Part shown: piece after piece, positions 20,938 through 24,000 of the stretch | Layout: each line of letters opens with the position of its first letter | Position numbering within the stretch: the stretch's first letter is position 1 | Assembly (NCBI RefSeq): GCF_000246985.2 | Contig: NC_022084.1 | Span: forward strand, 1,218,268-1,242,267 | Reading direction: 5' to 3' | Length of the DNA: 24,000 nucleotides | Source: Thermococcus litoralis DSM 5473 | GTDB lineage: Archaea; Methanobacteriota_B; Thermococci; Thermococcales; Thermococcaceae | The notes under the pieces: generated by a model | Seen by the model: only the letters and a program-made list of their open reading frames with translations | What the model was told of the DNA's origin: nothing | Databases searched by the model: none | Position numbers and translations under genes: made by a program

Positions 20938-23180
20938 TTTTCCTCACCCCTTATCTTTTTTCCATAAAATATCTGGAGCAAAGCAGGTGTTACCGTGAAA
21001 GCGGCAAACATTGAAGCGAAGATTCCAACCGCTAGAGTTTTTCCAAAGTCGTGTATTGCGGTGAGCTCTCCACTGAGCAAAGCTAAAAATCCTCCAGCCG
21101 TGGTTAAGGCCCCAACTAAGATTCCTGGACCAACTCCTTCAAGGGCGGAGATTATGGGATACGGATTGCCCTCCCTAAGTTCTTCCAAAAACCTGTGGGT
21201 AAGGTGCATTCCGTAGTCAACTCCAAGACCAACTATCATCGAGATAACACCAGCTAAAGTTTGAGTGAAAGGTATGCCCGCGAGCCCCATGTAGCCAACG
21301 GTCCAAAGGGCACCAAGGAACATGGGCAGTACCATTGCAATCGAAACTAGCGGCCTTCTGAAAAGCAGTACAACTACCAGCACAACAAGAACGCTACCGT
21401 ATGTAGATATCTTGCTGAGCTCCTGACTTGTAAGACCATCTAAAACGTAGTTCAAATACAAATCACCAGCGGGTCTTATCTCAACTCCCGGAGGAAAGTC
21501 TGCACTTTTTGCCTGCTCTTCAAAATAGTGCATGATAGCCCTAAAATTCTCTGGATTGGCCCCACCAAAGTTCCCCTTCAGCTGTATTAGAGTCATTGAG
21601 TAGTCGTCATTTACAGGGGCTCCCCCCTCTTTTATTGCCTCCTTTATTTTTTCCTTGTCTTCGGGAATGTAGCCGTATTTTCTGACAACTACATCCGCTA
21701 TGCTGTTGGTCTCAAAGACGTTGTTGTAATGAGAGTCGGCAAGTATCTCCTGCTCAAAGCGATAAATAGCTCTGACTACCGCTGGGTTTCTTACGTCCTC
21801 TGCCTTCACTATAAAATCCACCTCATCTTGACCACCAAACTCATATCTAACATCCTTCATAGCCTCAATTTCTGGTATGCCTTCGGGAATCATTTTCTCA
21901 AGTCTAACCTCCGTTGTTACCTGAGTTAAACCATAAAGAAACACGAGAGTCATTAGGGAAACAGCAAGCAGAGTTGTTTTTGGATGTCCCTTAATTATCA
22001 TGCCAAGGGTGTTAAAGGACTTAGCAATAAAACCAGAATGTGCCCTTATCTCAGGAACCTCATGTTTTCCTTTGATTTTCTTCATAATATCCTCATAGAG
22101 CATTATAAGCGAAGGAGTTATCACAACAGCATTTATCGCTGCTAAGCTGAGTCCCATTATCAAGGCAAAACTCAATCTGCGGAGAGAAGGCAGAAGGGAA
22201 AGACTCAATGCAGAAAATCCAGCTATGGTTGTCAGAGCTGCCCCCAACAAGGCCTTTCCCGTCTCTGCCACAGCTTCTTCTGCAGCCTCTTCAATACTCC
22301 TGCCCTTTTTCCTTTCCTCAAAATAACGGTTGGTTACGTGAACGCCGTAGTCAATACCCATTCCAACTATCATTGCCCCAACCACGGTAGTTACCATGTC
22401 TATTGGGATTCCAAGCAGCCCCATAAAACCAAGCGTCATTATTACACCAAATACCAGGGGGATAAGAGGGAGCATTGCCCTAAAAACGGATTTGTAAAAG
22501 TAGATCAGCAGAAACGCCACAAAGATGAGAGCGATTGTCATTGTTCTATTTAGATCGCCTTGAAGCATTGTCAGAATCCTATATGTGATTCCAATTGTTC
22601 CAGTTTGAATAACCTCCACATTTTTTGGGAAGCGTACCTCCTTTATATCCCTCTCAATGTCCTCATAAATTCTCTGCACCGCTTGAGAACCAGAGCCTGC
22701 CGTAAGAGTTGCTATCACCATTGTTGTTCTGTAATCGGAGCTTATTAACCCCTGCAGGGCTTCTGGAGGCAGGGTATTTAAAACGAATTTAACCTCTTCT
22801 TCGTTTTCAGGCAATCTGCCAAGAATTTGAATAAAAATATCAGCAATGCTCATTGTGTTCGTTACGTATTCATGCTCCCTTAAACGCTCCTCGAGTTCGT
22901 AGATTGACTTTATCACCTCAGGGTCTCGAATATCGTAAACTCCTCCCTCTTCAATAGAGGCCACCTTGACAATTATAAGAGCAGAATCGCCGCTTTGAAA
23001 TTCATTTTGGAGTGTCAAATAATCTCTCACTGCCGGCAAATCTTGGGGAAGCTGTTTAGTGAGGTCGCTTTCGAATTCAAGCAACTGAACTCCGTATAGA
23101 GAGAGAATTAGCAAGAATAGAGCTATCAATGAAAATGCCACCCTGTATTTCACTATTATCCTCGCAAGCTTCTTGAGCAT
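20934..23180 (-). CDS. RND-superfamily / MMPL-type exporter (COG1033-like), 12 TM
   Basis: 748 aa with two homologous halves. Each half has a large extracytoplasmic loop followed by a TM bundle, with repeated motifs GMGIDYGVHVTNRYFEE and GLGVDYGMHLTHRFLEE. RBS AGGTGAGAGA lies directly upstream of the ATG at 23180. Confidence 0.85.
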   Translation of the reverse strand: MLKKLARIIVKYRVAFSLIALFLLILSLYGVQLLEFESDLTKQLPQDLPAVRDYLTLQNEFQSGDSALIIVKVASIEEGGVYDIRDPEVIKSIYELEERLREHEYVTNTMSIADIFIQILGRLPENEEEVKFVLNTLPPEALQGLISSDYRTTMVIATLTAGSGSQAVQRIYEDIERDIKEVRFPKNVEVIQTGTIGITYRILTMLQGDLNRTMTIALIFVAFLLIYFYKSVFRAMLPLIPLVFGVIMTLGFMGLLGIPIDMVTTVVGAMIVGMGIDYGVHVTNRYFEERKKGRSIEEAAEEAVAETGKALLGAALTTIAGFSALSLSLLPSLRRLSFALIMGLSLAAINAVVITPSLIMLYEDIMKKIKGKHEVPEIRAHSGFIAKSFNTLGMIIKGHPKTTLLAVSLMTLVFLYGLTQVTTEVRLEKMIPEGIPEIEAMKDVRYEFGGQDEVDFIVKAEDVRNPAVVRAIYRFEQEILADSHYNNVFETNSIADVVVRKYGYIPEDKEKIKEAIKEGGAPVNDDYSMTLIQLKGNFGGANPENFRAIMHYFEEQAKSADFPPGVEIRPAGDLYLNYVLDGLTSQELSKISTYGSVLVVLVVVLLFRRPLVSIAMVLPMFLGALWTVGYMGLAGIPFTQTLAGVISMIVGLGVDYGMHLTHRFLEELREGNPYPIISALEGVGPGILVGALTTAGGFLALLSGELTAIHDFGKTLAVGIFASMFAAFTVTPALLQIFYGKKIRGEEK

Positions 23181-23203
23181 TCTCTCACCTCTAGACTTTT
23201 GAA

Positions 23204-23223
23204 CTTTCGGAATTTTCCGAAAG
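23204..23223. promoter_or_regulatory. Perfect 9-bp-arm inverted repeat in the divergent intergenic region (candidate operator)
   Basis: CTTTCGGAA-TT-TTCCGAAAG lies 24-43 nt upstream of the exporter start codon. On the minus strand it is just downstream of a TATA-like AAAGTTTTTAAG. Confidence 0.3.
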
Positions 23224-23331
23224 ATTTTGAGGATATTGCTTAAAAACTTTACTGAAAAAAAGTCCCATTATAAGGCAATCCGATAAGCTTAAATATGCAA
23301 ATTTTTTTACATATGTATGAGGGTGAATATT

Positions 23332-24000
23332 ATGGCCAAAATAGTCTTGACTACCGACGAAACGCTGACGAGCACGTACCACGACGTGCCTCTGCTAGAC
23401 TTTCTCGGCTGTGCGCCCTACGACAAGCTCCCGAAGTGGGTTTTCAGATTTTTTGACACCCAGCTGCCCGATGAGAACGGCGTTCTGGCTCAAGCGCCCT
23501 ATGGCCTCAGGAAGGTTGAGGCGGCCCTTCTCAGGGACGGCTTCAGGAGGGACGAAGTGGTAGTCGCCCACCCGCGCAGGCTGGAGCGGTTCATAGGGAA
23601 GGATACAAGGATCGTTGCCCTCTACGAGATGGATCCGCTCGGTCTGGGGCCTGTCAGCATGATGTTCACGAACGGTGGCAAGTGGACGAACTACACCAAG
23701 GTCAAGTTCCTTGAGCTGGTGGAGAAGATAAACCGCATAAGGGAGACCAAAAAGCTGGACTTCAAAATCGTCGTCGGCGGGCCGGGGGCTTGGCAGGTTG
23801 ACTTCAGAAAGGAGGAGAGGGAGAGGCTGAGGATAGACCACGTTGTAATCGGAGAAGTCGACCACGTTGCGGGGGAGCTCTTCAAGGACATCGAGAGCGG
23901 GAGCGCCGACGAGACTATCTTTATCAAGGGCTGGCCGCGGGTGGAGGAGATCCCGACGATAGTGGCGCCCTCGTATAAGGGCCTCGTCGAGGTGATGAGG
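23332..24000 (+). CDS. Radical-SAM-type protein, N-terminal B12-binding-like region (5' partial gene running off the window)
   Basis: My own translation from ATG 23332 (RBS GAGGGTGA at 23319-23326) stays open for 223 codons to the window end. It reads MAKIVLTTDETLTSTYHDVPLLDFLGCAPYDKLPKWVFRFF...IVALYEMDPLGLGPVSMMFTNGGKW...KIVVGGPGAWQV...APSYKGLVEVMR. The gene is absent from the ORF track, presumably because no stop is reached. The family call is from memory of similar Thermococcales proteins. The CxxxCxxC cluster would lie beyond position 24000. Confidence 0.6.
   Translation, partial: MAKIVLTTDETLTSTYHDVPLLDFLGCAPYDKLPKWVFRFFDTQLPDENGVLAQAPYGLRKVEAALLRDGFRRDEVVVAHPRRLERFIGKDTRIVALYEMDPLGLGPVSMMFTNGGKWTNYTKVKFLELVEKINRIRETKKLDFKIVVGGPGAWQVDFRKEERERLRIDHVVIGEVDHVAGELFKDIESGSADETIFIKGWPRVEEIPTIVAPSYKGLVEVMR

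Noticed and set aside
23191-23927. Minus-strand ORFs 23191-23382, 23395-23865 and 23691-23927
   Set aside because: They are antisense shadows of the GC-rich + strand gene starting at 23332, which has an RBS and a protein-like translation. ORF 23191-23382 also spans the AT-rich promoter region. None has an RBS or recognisable motifs.

Overview
The window looks like a chromosomal segment from a low-GC member of the Thermococcales (Thermococcus/Pyrococcus-like). Support: GGTGA-type ribosome-binding sites, 1-4 nt gene overlaps, and a CRISPR repeat of the Pyrococcus/Thermococcus family. The main feature is a very large CRISPR array on the + strand (7964-12627). It has 69 identical 30-nt repeats (GTTCCAATAAGACTTTAAAAGAATTGAAAG) and 68 unique spacers, with a 485-nt AT-rich leader on its left. 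No cas genes occur anywhere in the 24 kb. The flanks are mostly housekeeping genes: ADP-forming acetyl-CoA synthetase alpha, a Clp-fold serine protease, carbamate kinase, archaeal PPAT, a flavin-reductase-like protein, Kae1, NAD kinase, a flippase-like membrane protein and a PUA-domain m5C RNA methyltransferase. One three-gene envelope operon is also present (RND/MMPL exporter, a 901-aa protein with five CARDB-like modules, and a protein with two LEA_2 repeats). Five things deserve a second look. (1) A 22-nt truncated repeat is fused directly to a full repeat inside the array, and it is cut exactly where Cas6 cleaves. (2) The next spacer is unusually self-complementary. (3) Two otherwise intact genes are each interrupted by one in-frame stop (TAG at 4652-4654, TGA at 6467-6469). 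(4) Composition jumps from about 40% to about 60% GC at the right edge. There a + strand radical-SAM-like gene, absent from the ORF track, runs off the window. (5) Two copies of the crRNA tag ATTGAAAG sit in an operon-internal spacer. I found no clearly novel multi-gene system. The envelope operon and the high-GC right edge are the best candidates. All counts were made by hand from the sequence.
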